A stretch of DNA of 33,000 bases from Octopus sinensis (taxonomy: Eukaryota). The stretch spans positions 29,915,001 to 29,948,000 of the forward strand of contig NC_042998.1 in NCBI RefSeq assembly GCF_006345805.1, written 5' to 3'. The stretch's first letter is position 1, and each line of letters begins with the position of its first letter. A program made the position numbers and the translations under genes. The notes below the pieces were generated by a model. The model saw only the letters and a list, made by a program, of their open reading frames with translations. It was not told the origin of the DNA and did not search any database. Below, piece after piece: positions 24,445 through 33,000 of the stretch.

Positions 24445-24489
<45 letters not shown>
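24445..24489. repeat. (GATA)n microsatellite
   Basis: About 11 perfect units. Confidence 0.95.
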
Positions 24490-24704
24490 CACACGTATAA
24501 ACATTTTTGTGTGGGGGTGTGTGATGGTTTCGACCAAACTCTCTGTTGCTGTTACACTTCACAGGTCACATTGCACTTCGGATCGTTTTAGTCTTCGAAT
24601 GATGCCACACAATTGACTAGTCGAGCAGACCAATATTCATTCTGATCGGAAATCTAGTCCGTCGAAGGGCGTCCCCATTTAAAACTTGAGTGAAAAAAAA
24701 CAAT

Positions 24705-24790
24705 CTTTTGCTCAAGAACATAATGCGCAACTAATCCGAGAATCGAAACTGCGATCTGACAACCGTGAGTGCAGCGCACCTCACTAGGTT
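24705..24790 (-). mobile_element. Degraded SINE head fragment (family A/D type)
   Basis: 'tttgctcaagaacataatgcgc...gagaatcgaaactgcgatct'. Confidence 0.55.
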
Positions 24791-24830
24791 ATATAGATAT
24801 ATAAACATGGAGTCACACATACATACATAC

Positions 24831-24884
<54 letters not shown>

Positions 24885-25277
24885 CAGAGAGAAAGAGAAG
24901 ATATGTGGCCCAGATCTAAAACTATATGTGTCCCACTTAGGAAAAATGTGTTAGTTGAATTATTTGAACTCACTCGAAAGGCTTAAGCCAAATTAACATT
25001 ATTACCACCATTTATTAATGATCATACTGATTGTGTGTGATCATTAATTAATGGAGAAAACGCAAGTGTTGCGAAATTGCAACTTTTTACAATTCCATTC
25101 ATTGAGTAGGTAGTTCAGTTAAGTGAAAGAAGTGGTCCGTTTATTAGTAGAAGATACTTCAGAAAAATATTGTTTTCAAGAGCATTATACATTTCTGCCA
25201 TTTTGAACCGCTAGATACTAAGTATATACTAAGTCCGATCACGCGCGCATACTTTGGCACACTAGAACAACTATACT

Positions 25278-25309
<32 letters not shown>

Positions 25310-25360
25310 ATCTCTCTCAGTATATATATATATATATATATTTCGTGAATTCTCCCTATA

Positions 25361-26230
25361 TGATTGATTGATTCTAGTTTCAGCTCATGAACTGTGGCCA
25401 TGCTGGGGCACCGCCATTTGGTGTTGCTACATGGTTTTACTTCACGAATGCTTTTTGGCAACTGCCATTTGGTGCATGAGAGAGTTCGATGCAGCTGCCC
25501 TCATCTGCACCGCCGTGAAGTTGGTTCATCTGGGATACCTGACAAGAAGAGATCCAGTTTCATTTTAAAGACATCTGCATCCACCCCATGCAGGTCTCTT
25601 AGGTTCTTCGGGAGGATACTGAAGAGCTGTGGGCCTCGGAAGCCCAGGCTATCACAGTATCTTGTCCTACATCTTGATGGCAAATTTGGAGTCCTAGGCA
25701 CCATGCAGTGGCGCCCAGTTCTGGCATTTGTGTAACTCGCGATGACAATGTTTGGGACAAGTCCCTCCAGGATCTTCCAGATGTATATTATGGCATATCT
25801 TTCTCGCCTACGCTCCAAGGAATAGAGTTTTAATCTCTTGAGTCTTTCCCAGTAGCTTATATTCTGCACAGAGGCTATCTTCTTCGTGTAGCTACGTTGG
25901 ATCGCCTCAAGTTCTGTGATCAACTTGACACTGGATGGTGACCATAGCTGAGAGCAATAGTCAAAGTGGCTTAGGACAAGTGTCCTCCAGAGGACCATCA
26001 TGGTTTCTTGTTCTCTTGTTCTAAAGGTTCTGAGAATCCATCCGGCCAGTCGTCTACATTTCATTGCCAATTTAGCAACATGTACACGAAAGGTTGCCTC
26101 ATCACTCATGTAAATACCCAGGTCACGCACTGATTGTGCCTCTGGGATTGCAATTCCTCCTGGTCCAGTGTATTCATTGGGTATTGCATTTAGTTTTGCA
26201 TGCTGATATTATAAAGCTTGAAACTTTTCA

Positions 26231-26231
<1 letters not shown>
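25361..26231 (-). mobile_element. CR1-clade LINE 3' fragment (5'-truncated, intact ORF2 C-terminus and 3' tail)
   Basis: ORF 25501..26130 (RDLGIYMS...LSHFDYCSQLWSP...YWERLKRLKLYSLERRRERY...RGPQLFSILP). 3' tail 'ggcggtgccccagcatggccacag...ctgaaactag(aatc)3'. 5' end abuts a (TA)n run. Confidence 0.95.
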
Positions 26232-26269
<38 letters not shown>

Positions 26270-26270
<1 letters not shown>

Positions 26271-26471
26271 CTTACGTTTTTCAGTCATTTGACTGTAGCT
26301 ATGCTGGAGCACCGCACTTAGTCGAAACAAATCGATTGCATGACTTATTGTTTGCAAGCCTACTAATTATTCTATCGGTTTCTTCTGCCGAACCGCTACG
26401 TTACGGGGACGCAAACACACCAGCATCGCTTGTCAAGCGATGGGGGTGGGGGAGACAATCACAGACACAAA

Positions 26472-26510
<39 letters not shown>

Positions 26511-26652
26511 GACGGACTTCTTTCAGCTTCTGTCTACCAAAGCCACTCACAAGGATTTGGTTGGCCCGAGGCTGTATTAGAAGTCACTTGCCCAAGGTGC
26601 CACGCAGTAGGACTGAACGCAGAACCATGAAACTTAACACACAGCTACACCT
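26270..26652 (-). mobile_element. Family B SINE, near full-length
   Basis: Same head, core, internal (TA)n and tail as 13497-13914. Confidence 0.88.
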
Positions 26653-26670
26653 ATATACATATGGTGTGGC

Positions 26671-26805
26671 ACTCCGTCGGTTACGACGACGAGGGTTCCA
26701 ATTGATCTGATCTACGGAACAGACTGCTCGTGAAATTAACGTACACGTGGCTGAGCACTTTACAGACATGTGTACCCTTAAGGCAGTTCTCGGGGAGATT
26801 CAGGA
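26671..26805 (-). mobile_element. Family A SINE 3' fragment
   Basis: 'actccgtcggttacgacgacgagggt...gctcgtgaaattaacgt...ggagattcag' matches 15314-15450. Confidence 0.85.
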
Positions 26806-26819
26806 AATAAAGGTACAAC

Positions 26820-27012
26820 AGAAACAGGAAGAAAGAGTGAGAGAAAGTTGTGGTGAAAGAGTACAGCAAGGTTCACCACCACCCCCTGCCAGAGCCCCGT
26901 GGAGCTTTAGGTGTTTTCGCTCATTAAACATTCACAACGCCCGGTCTGGGAATCAAAACCGCGATCCTACGACAAGTCCGCTGCCCTAACCACTGGGCCA
27001 TTGCACCTCCAC
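26820..27012 (-). mobile_element. tRNA-derived SINE family E, 5' part
   Basis: Reverse-complement match to 32351-32545 ('ggaggtgcaatggcccagtggttagggcagcggac...gcgaaaacacctaaagc'). Confidence 0.85.
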
Positions 27013-27221
27013 ACACACACAGGGTGATTCAAATGTCACTATGCATAGGAAAAAATAATTTTTTTATAAGAAACAGTTAAAGCGCAGAGCAAGACGAAAA
27101 GGAACGTCAGATATGTAGAGATAAATATAGACAGTGATTAACTGATTGATTGTTTAATATGTTCATGATGTTGCCAAGCGTGTTGAAGTAGTTTTCGCTA
27201 CCTTAAAAATAGCATTAGTCG

Positions 27222-27760
27222 TAGAAGCGGCTGCGTGTTGAGATGTTCGCTTCGCAACCACATGGTTTCGAGTTCAATCTCACTGCCTGTTACTTTCTGA
27301 TATAAACTCGGGTCAAGCAAAACTTTTTGAGTGGATTTATTAGACAGGAAATGAAAGAAGCCCCACATACATATATATATGTATGAGTGTGTCTTTGTTT
27401 GCCCACCCCCCAACGCTTGATAACCGGTATTGGTATGTTACTTTAGGAGTTCAAATTCCGCCGAAGTCGACTTTACCTTTCATCATTTCGGGGTCGATTA
27501 AATAAGTACCACTTACGCACTGGGGTCGATGTAATCGACTTAGTACGTTTGTTTGTCCCTTCTGTGTTTAGCCCCTTGTGGGTAGTAAATAAATAGGTAT
27601 TGGTATGTTAACGTTTGCGTAAACCAGCTGTTCAGCAAAGGGTCCGTTAGTCTAAGTATCTGACTTTAGATAAATAAATTGACAGCAGTATTTTTCTCTT
27701 AAGTTCCTGAAGGCAGTGCACCAGCATAGCTGCAGTCAATGACTGAAGCAAACAAAAGAT
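27222..27760 (+). mobile_element. Diverged family B SINE carrying a nested family C fragment (27441-27595)
   Basis: B head, internal microsatellite and tail are present. The nested Meta-type segment is flanked by the 15-bp direct repeat ggtattggtatgtta (27426-27440, 27596-27610). Confidence 0.8.
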
Positions 27761-27789
27761 AACACGAAAAGATATCCACTTTAATCAGT

Positions 27790-27962
27790 GCGCTGGCAGA
27801 AATGTTAGCACGTCGGGCGAATGAGTTCAAAATCCGTCGAGGTCAACTTTTCCTTTTATCCTTTCAGAGTCGACAAATTAAGTACCAATTGCGTAGTTGC
27901 GTCAATCTAATCGACTGGCTGCCTCCCCCAAAATTTCTGCCCCTGTGCCTAGATTAGAAAAG
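27790..27962 (+). mobile_element. Family C (Meta-type) SINE, internally deleted
   Basis: 'gctggcagaaatgttagcacg...gagttcaaaatccgtcgaggtcaactttt...aagtacc...tagaaaag'. Confidence 0.8.
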
Positions 27963-27976
27963 AATATCAAGCCTCC

Positions 27977-28371
27977 GGAAGGCGGCGAGCTGGCAGAAAC
28001 GATAGCACGCCGGGCGAAATGCTTAGCAGTATTTCGTCTGCCGTTACGTTCTGAGTTTAAATTCCGCTGAGGTCGACTTCGCCTTTCGTCCTTTCGGAGT
28101 CGATTAAATAAGTACTAGTTACGCACTGGGGTCGATGTAATCAACTTAATCCGTTTGTCTGTCCTTGTTTGTCCTCTCTATGTTTAACCCCTTGTGAGTA
28201 GTTAATAGGTATTTCGTCTGCCGCTACGTTCTGAGTTCAAATTCCGCCGAGGTCGACTTTGCCTTTCATCCTTTCGGAGTCAATAAATTAAGTACCAGTT
28301 GCTTAGTGGGGTCGATCTAATCGACTGGCCGTCTCCCCCAAAATTTCGGCCCCTGTGCCTAGAATAGAAAA
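27977..28371 (+). mobile_element. Dimeric family C (Meta-type) SINE with 14-bp TSD
   Basis: Head 'ggaaggcggcgagctggcagaaacg'; two 'gagttcaaattccgccgaggtcgactttgcctttcatcctttcgg' modules; flanked by aatatcaagc(c/t)tcc at 27963-27976 and 28372-28385. Confidence 0.88.
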
Positions 28372-28824
28372 GAATATCAAGCTTCCGTTAACTACAAACA
28401 CATTCCTGACATCTTGCAATGCATTTCACACTTGCACAGTCTTTTGCTAACCGGAATACTGAATTGACTATTACTAAAAATATAGTATTTTCTATGTAAC
28501 AGGAAATACACAAGCATGTTTGATGAATGAAACTCTACGATGAACTCAGCCACTTTGGTAAATGCAATACTTCATATTATACATGGAGAAATGAAATTTG
28601 TTCCGAGATCCGAGTAATAGTTATCTTGTCTATCATCGAAAGATATTTTCTCTTCTGTATTAGAATTATTAACACTTACATATTTTCAACATTTTCCCCA
28701 TTACTTTAAAAGCGTTATAACTAGCATAAAGAACAATCACGTAGAATATATTGTATTATATGTATGTGGCACGAATCAACTGACTGAAAATTCGGAATAC
28801 ATTAACTGCTATGAGTCATTTTTA

Positions 28825-29230
28825 CTTAAGATATGTCTCTCTCTCCAATGAATAAGTGTGCTTGTAAAGGAAGTGCTGATAGATTGCTCTGATAAACAAT
28901 ACTCTTTCACGGTTTTCATTTCTCAGCGGTTTTTAGATTTTATTCAGATAAAACTCGATCCTTTGCTGTTTATCGAACACACGTCTGTCAAAAGGGTATT
29001 TGGTACGAGAATGGAATTACAACAGGTTTCTGTTTATACTTAAGAAAGAAAAAATTGGTGTAGGAATGACTGTGTTTTTAAAAAGATCGGTTTTTGAGAC
29101 AAACCTCCCTGAATCGATCACAAGGTATGATAATTTGGGCAAGTGACTTTTACCTTGATTGTCAAAGAACATGTTTTGTTCGACAGGATCCCATGTTTCA
29201 GTAGAGTTATTAAAGTCTAAATTTTGGTTC
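28825..29230 (+). pseudogene. Disrupted paralog of the 31483-31919 exon
   Basis: Collinear matches LKIC/LKKC, CSDK/CSDK, LDFIQIKLDP/MDIILLIHEP, FIL/FIL, TVFLKRSV/AVSLRRSL, LNRSQGMIIWASDFYLD/LVRSQSMIIGTLDFHLD, SKFW/SKFW. Acceptor AG lost (ttta), TGA at 28849, at least three frame changes. Confidence 0.7.
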
Positions 29231-29590
29231 CTAGTTTGTGTAAATTTGAGTCCGTGCTTGTTTGCGGTACGCATGCGTAGCAATGTATGCCACCCGACGT
29301 GATCTTCGAAAACTATAACAGTCATCGAATGAACAATGAGCTTTGTTATCATTATCGTCATCAGCAGGACAGTGAATCGGTCATTTATAATGTTTTTTTT
29401 TTAATTTTGTATGTAAGTGATGTCACTGCAATGTTCCATCCCGTATGTTTAAATAACTGATAAAAATAACAATCAATATAGATTAGAATTGAAGTAACGA
29501 ACATTAAATGCGGAAAATGTAGAATTGTATATAATAGTACCATGATATACCGGAACATAATATTCAATGGCAAAACTCTAAGACATATTG

Positions 29591-29795
29591 TTTTCTACTC
29601 AAGGCCCGAAATTTTGGGGGAGAGGGCCAGTCGATTAGATCGACCCCAGAACATAAATGGTACTTAATTTATCGACCTCGAAATGATGAAAGGCAAAGTC
29701 GACCCCGGCGGAATTTGAACTCAGAACCTAAAGACAGACGAAATACCACTAAGCATTTCATCCGGCCTGGTAACGTTTCAGCCAGCTCGTCGCCT
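29591..29795 (-). mobile_element. Family C (Meta-type) SINE, monomer
   Basis: Reverse complement 'aggcgacgagctggctgaaacg...gttctgagttcaaattccgccggggtcgactttgcctttcatc...gagtagaaaa'. Confidence 0.88.
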
Positions 29796-30254
29796 AAAAG
29801 TCTAAAATAAATTACGTCAAAAATATCTGCACTAATATATCTCTTTTGTAGAATGCACTGTAGCAGAACTTGTCAATAATGCTAAAATACATTATGCACA
29901 TCCGCAACAGTATGAAATATGTTAAGTCATGTAAAAGACACTATTCTTTCTCGCAATAAAAATTTAAAACACACACACTGATATATATGTACAGATATGT
30001 ACACATACATATATACGAACAAATAACACACACACACATATATATACAACATATATACATATTTATATATGTATACATATGTTTATATATAGATAAAAAC
30101 ATGCATGGAACAGTGTATACGATAAAGGACTGCATCGTGAAGTAAAAAATTGAAACACACAAACCCACATATGCATACATAGGTATGTATGTACATATAA
30201 ATGTGTGTGTATCTCTCTCTCTCATATATATATATATACATACATACATTATAG

Positions 30255-30400
30255 TTGAAATTTACAGAAAAAGAAAAGACGAAGAGAGGTGTATGAACAA
30301 CAAGCAGGTGTATTAGTTTGGCGCTCGGGAAAGTGAGTAAGGCTTTTACGTTTCGAACCTACGCGCTTCAAGAGAAATGAATAAGAGAAAATAAACAGAG
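30255..30400. mobile_element. Possible Penelope-like element terminal remnant
   Basis: Contains ACGTTTCG (30348-30355), a motif common at Penelope-like element termini. No ORF or second terminus seen. Confidence 0.25.
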
Positions 30401-31482
30401 AGGGAATTTAGAAATGTTGGGGTTTACAGATCAGGCATGGTGAGAGCAGAGACAGAGGCAGACAGAAAGAAGCAAATCCTGTCCACCATAACAAAACAGG
30501 TCCAGAGAGGGAAAATGTATACAATTGATGAGTATAGAAATATTTGGGAAAATATTCTGAAAGGAAAATAGGCATTGTTATAATTAATACTCCATACTGC
30601 GTGATAATTATTGTTTGAACTATGTGTGTTATGAAATATTAACATTTTATAAGTTATTGTCAATTCAATTGATATAAGTAGAGGAGATAATCTGTATAGT
30701 GGTACGAATATGAATAGAAGAGCCTTCAGAAATATCTTGTCTTCAAGAATGAAACACGTCTCAGCCGTTTTCTTCTCTCCTATACTAAATTCGTACACAC
30801 AGACACGCATGCAAACCCAGGCGTGCAAACACACATCAATACAGAGAACGAGCGGGAGAGAGTGGAAGAGAGAAAGAAGTGCATGATAAGTAGATGTTGA
30901 TATTGATTAATTGATTGATTGTTTAATATACTCATGAAGGTGTCGAGCGTGTCGGAGTAGTCTTCTCCGCCATAAAAAGAGCAACAAAGACGTGGCAAAG
31001 ATATCCACTTTATTTAATCAATATGAAGCCTCCATTAAATATAAACGTATTCCTGACATACTGCAATGGATTTTGTAATCTCACAGAAGAGTGTTTTGTT
31101 AATCGGAATACTGAATTGATTGCTACTAAAAATATAACATTTTCTATGTAAGAGGGAAAATAAACATGTGCGCTGAATGAAACATTCTGTTATGAATTCG
31201 GCCCTCTCGACAATTGTAACGTTTCATCCAATTTGTACAAAGACTAAATATGTTTTAAGATACGGCATGTAGCTAATATCTCTAAGATATTATTTACACT
31301 TACATATTGAGATTATTAACGCTTACGTATTTTCAACATTTATCGAATACATTCAATTAATGATAATACCGTTTCGACCAATCATCAAAGCTTTATTTTA
31401 ATATTTTATTTGCTGCATGGGTTATTGCACGAATTAATATCCTGAACAGCGTGAATGCATTTAATGTTAATAGCTTTATTAG

Positions 31483-31919
31483 CTGAAGAAATGTTCCTCT
31501 TCTCTGGAGGTTTACGTGTATGAAATTTGTAGTGCTGCTCGGTATCATGTAGTCATAGCGCACGGGGTATGCTCCGATAAACTATGTTTGCTTTGCGATT
31601 TTCATGTCTGGTTAGAGTCTATGGACATTATTCTGCTCATACATGAACCATCTTATCGTTTATACAATACTAGTAGAACGTTAAAAAACATGGGTCTGAT
31701 ATATAAAGAGAGCTACAACGAATTTATACTGCAACAGAATGGGCGCAAGGCTGTATCGTTAAGAAGATCGCTTTCCAGCAATGGGTTCCTGGTTCGTTCT
31801 CAATCCATGATAATTGGGACTCTTGACTTCCACCTTGACCCTCAGTTGTCGGTTACCTTGGGAGTAGAATGTAGTAGGCGTGCACTCATCAAATTAAATT
31901 CATTAGCCTCTAAATTTTG
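31483..31919 (+). CDS. Probable 437-nt coding exon of an unidentified protein (LKKCSSSLEVYVYEIC...LASKF)
   Basis: The stop-free frame begins right after 'ctttattag|' and ends at 'TTTTG|gtaatg'. Comparison with the paralog at 28825-29230 shows at least 9 synonymous third-position changes in this frame. The wobble-sharing minus frame contains stops. Confidence 0.6.
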
Positions 31920-31958
31920 GTAATGAATTCTTTTCTTACAAATATTTCACACCTATAT

Positions 31959-32350
31959 AGTGGCTGCGTGGTAAGTAACTTGTTTACCAGCCACATGGTT
32001 CCGGGGTCAGTCCCACTGCGTGGCACCTTGGGCAAGTGTCTTCTGCTATAGCCTCGGGCCGACCAAAGCCTTGTGAGCGGATTTGGCAGACGGAAACTGA
32101 AAGAAGCCCGTCGTATATATGTATATATATATGCGTGTGTGTGTTTGTGTGTCGGTGTTTGTCCCCCTAGCATTGCTTGACAACCGATGTTGGTGGGTTT
32201 ATGTCTCCGTTACATAGCGGTTCGGCATAAGAGACCGATCGAATAAGTACTGGTTTTACAAAAGAATAAGTCCCGGGGTCGAGTTGCTCGATTAAAGGCG
32301 GTGCTCCAGCATGGCCACAGTCAAATGACTGAAACAAGTAAAAGAGAGTA
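31959..32350 (+). mobile_element. Full-length family B SINE (intronic in the candidate gene)
   Basis: 'agtggctgcgtggtaag...gggtcagtcccactgcgtggcaccttgggcaagtgtcttc...ggcggtgctccagcatggccacagtcaaatgactgaaacaagtaaaagagag'. Confidence 0.92.
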
Positions 32351-32655
32351 TGTGTGGAGGCACAATCACCCAGTGGTTAGAGCAGCGGACTCCTGGTTGT
32401 AGGATAGCAATTTTGATTCCCAGACCAAACGTTATGAGTGTTTATTGAGCGAAAACACCTAAAGCACCACGAGGCTCCGGCAGGGGTGGTGGCGATCCCT
32501 GCTGTACTCTTTAGCCACAACTTTCTCTCTCTCTTTCTTCTGTTGGCCTGCTCGCTTAGCCAGCGGGGTGGCGTCATTTGAAGGCTAAAACAATGTAAAG
32601 CGCATTGTGACCAGCGATGTGTAGCAACATCTGATAGCCTGGTCAGTCACGGTGA
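32351..32655 (+). mobile_element. tRNA-derived SINE family E, near full-length
   Basis: A-box-like 'cccagtggttag', B-box-like 'tttgattccc'; second copy at 26820-27012. Confidence 0.82.
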
Positions 32656-32728
32656 TCAAGGTGATATACATGTACGCGTATGTGTGCGTGCATACATGCA
32701 TAGCTGTGTATGTGTGAAAGTATCTCAG

Positions 32729-32877
32729 CCTGCATATACCATTAAAAAACGGGACTCTCTGCCTCCATGTCCACCTAGTAGCACTCCTTCCTCACACTCA
32801 TCGTCCGATATGCAGTGAATCAGAGACTCACTCGTTCGAAACCTATTGCTATCATCGTTATCTTTTACAAATTGCAG
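32729..32877 (+). CDS. Candidate next exon (149 nt; LHIPLKNGTLCLHVHLV...FETYCYHRYLLQIA)
   Basis: Acceptor 'gtatctcag|C', strong donor 'GCAG|gtaaat'. The frame open across the whole exon starts in phase 2, matching the phase-2 end of 31483-31919 (TG|C = Cys). Confidence 0.4.
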
Positions 32878-33000
32878 GTAAATCAAAATAAATGAAACAA
32901 CGCAGATTGCATAAATGCAGAGCAAATAAGAAATTAGTGTATCAATTATGCATACATAACTGGTCAAAAATAATACTTACATCTCATGAACTGATTTGGT

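Noticed and set aside
29154-29312. Minus-strand exon model FEDHVGWHTLLRMR...MFFDNQ with good AG/GT within ORF 29017-29361
   Set aside because: It overlaps the + strand pseudo-exon. The paralog conserves the + frame better (11/17 vs 6/17 residues around 29109-29159) and its minus frames contain stops. Not excluded without RNA data.
30424-30834. 136-aa hydrophobic minus-strand ORF
   Set aside because: No family motif, no convincing splice boundaries, no paralog support; hydrophobicity reflects AT-rich codons.
32832-32861. Minus-strand ITMIAIGFER followed by a gtgagt donor, resembling a GPCR TM3 E/DRY junction
   Set aside because: Only 30 nt, preceded by an in-frame stop, phase-incompatible with the upstream donor near 32980, and no other GPCR segments were found.
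1-33000. CRISPR arrays, rRNA or prokaryotic operon-like systems
   Set aside because: No repeat-spacer periodicity or rRNA motifs; the sequence is clearly eukaryotic repeat-rich DNA.

Overview
AT-rich eukaryotic (metazoan) genomic DNA dominated by repeats, with a 100-N scaffold gap at 21060-21159. The SINE repertoire and huge (TA/TATG)n arrays resemble what I recall of Octopus genomes; this is an inference, not a database result. Contents: three minus-strand CR1-type LINE fragments (one ~2.95 kb with endonuclease and RT); about 18 tRNA-derived SINE copies or fragments from at least five families; a complete 395-bp non-autonomous Helitron; a Tc1/mariner (DDD-type) transposase remnant; and multi-kb purine-pyrimidine microsatellites. 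Most ORF-track entries are microsatellite or antisense-LINE artefacts. No host gene can be named. The best non-repeat signal is an old local duplication (~27135-29230 vs ~30904-31921). Its second copy holds a 437-nt + strand open exon bounded exactly by AG/GT (31483-31919), with a phase-compatible next exon (32729-32877). The first copy is a frameshifted pseudo-exon. A 249-bp, 248/249-identical inverted copy of SINE plus unique flank (23195-23443 from 28181-28429) sits beside a 50-bp-arm palindrome. The CR1 LINEs and one SINE family visibly share the same 3' tail. No CRISPR, rRNA or genuine tRNA gene was seen.
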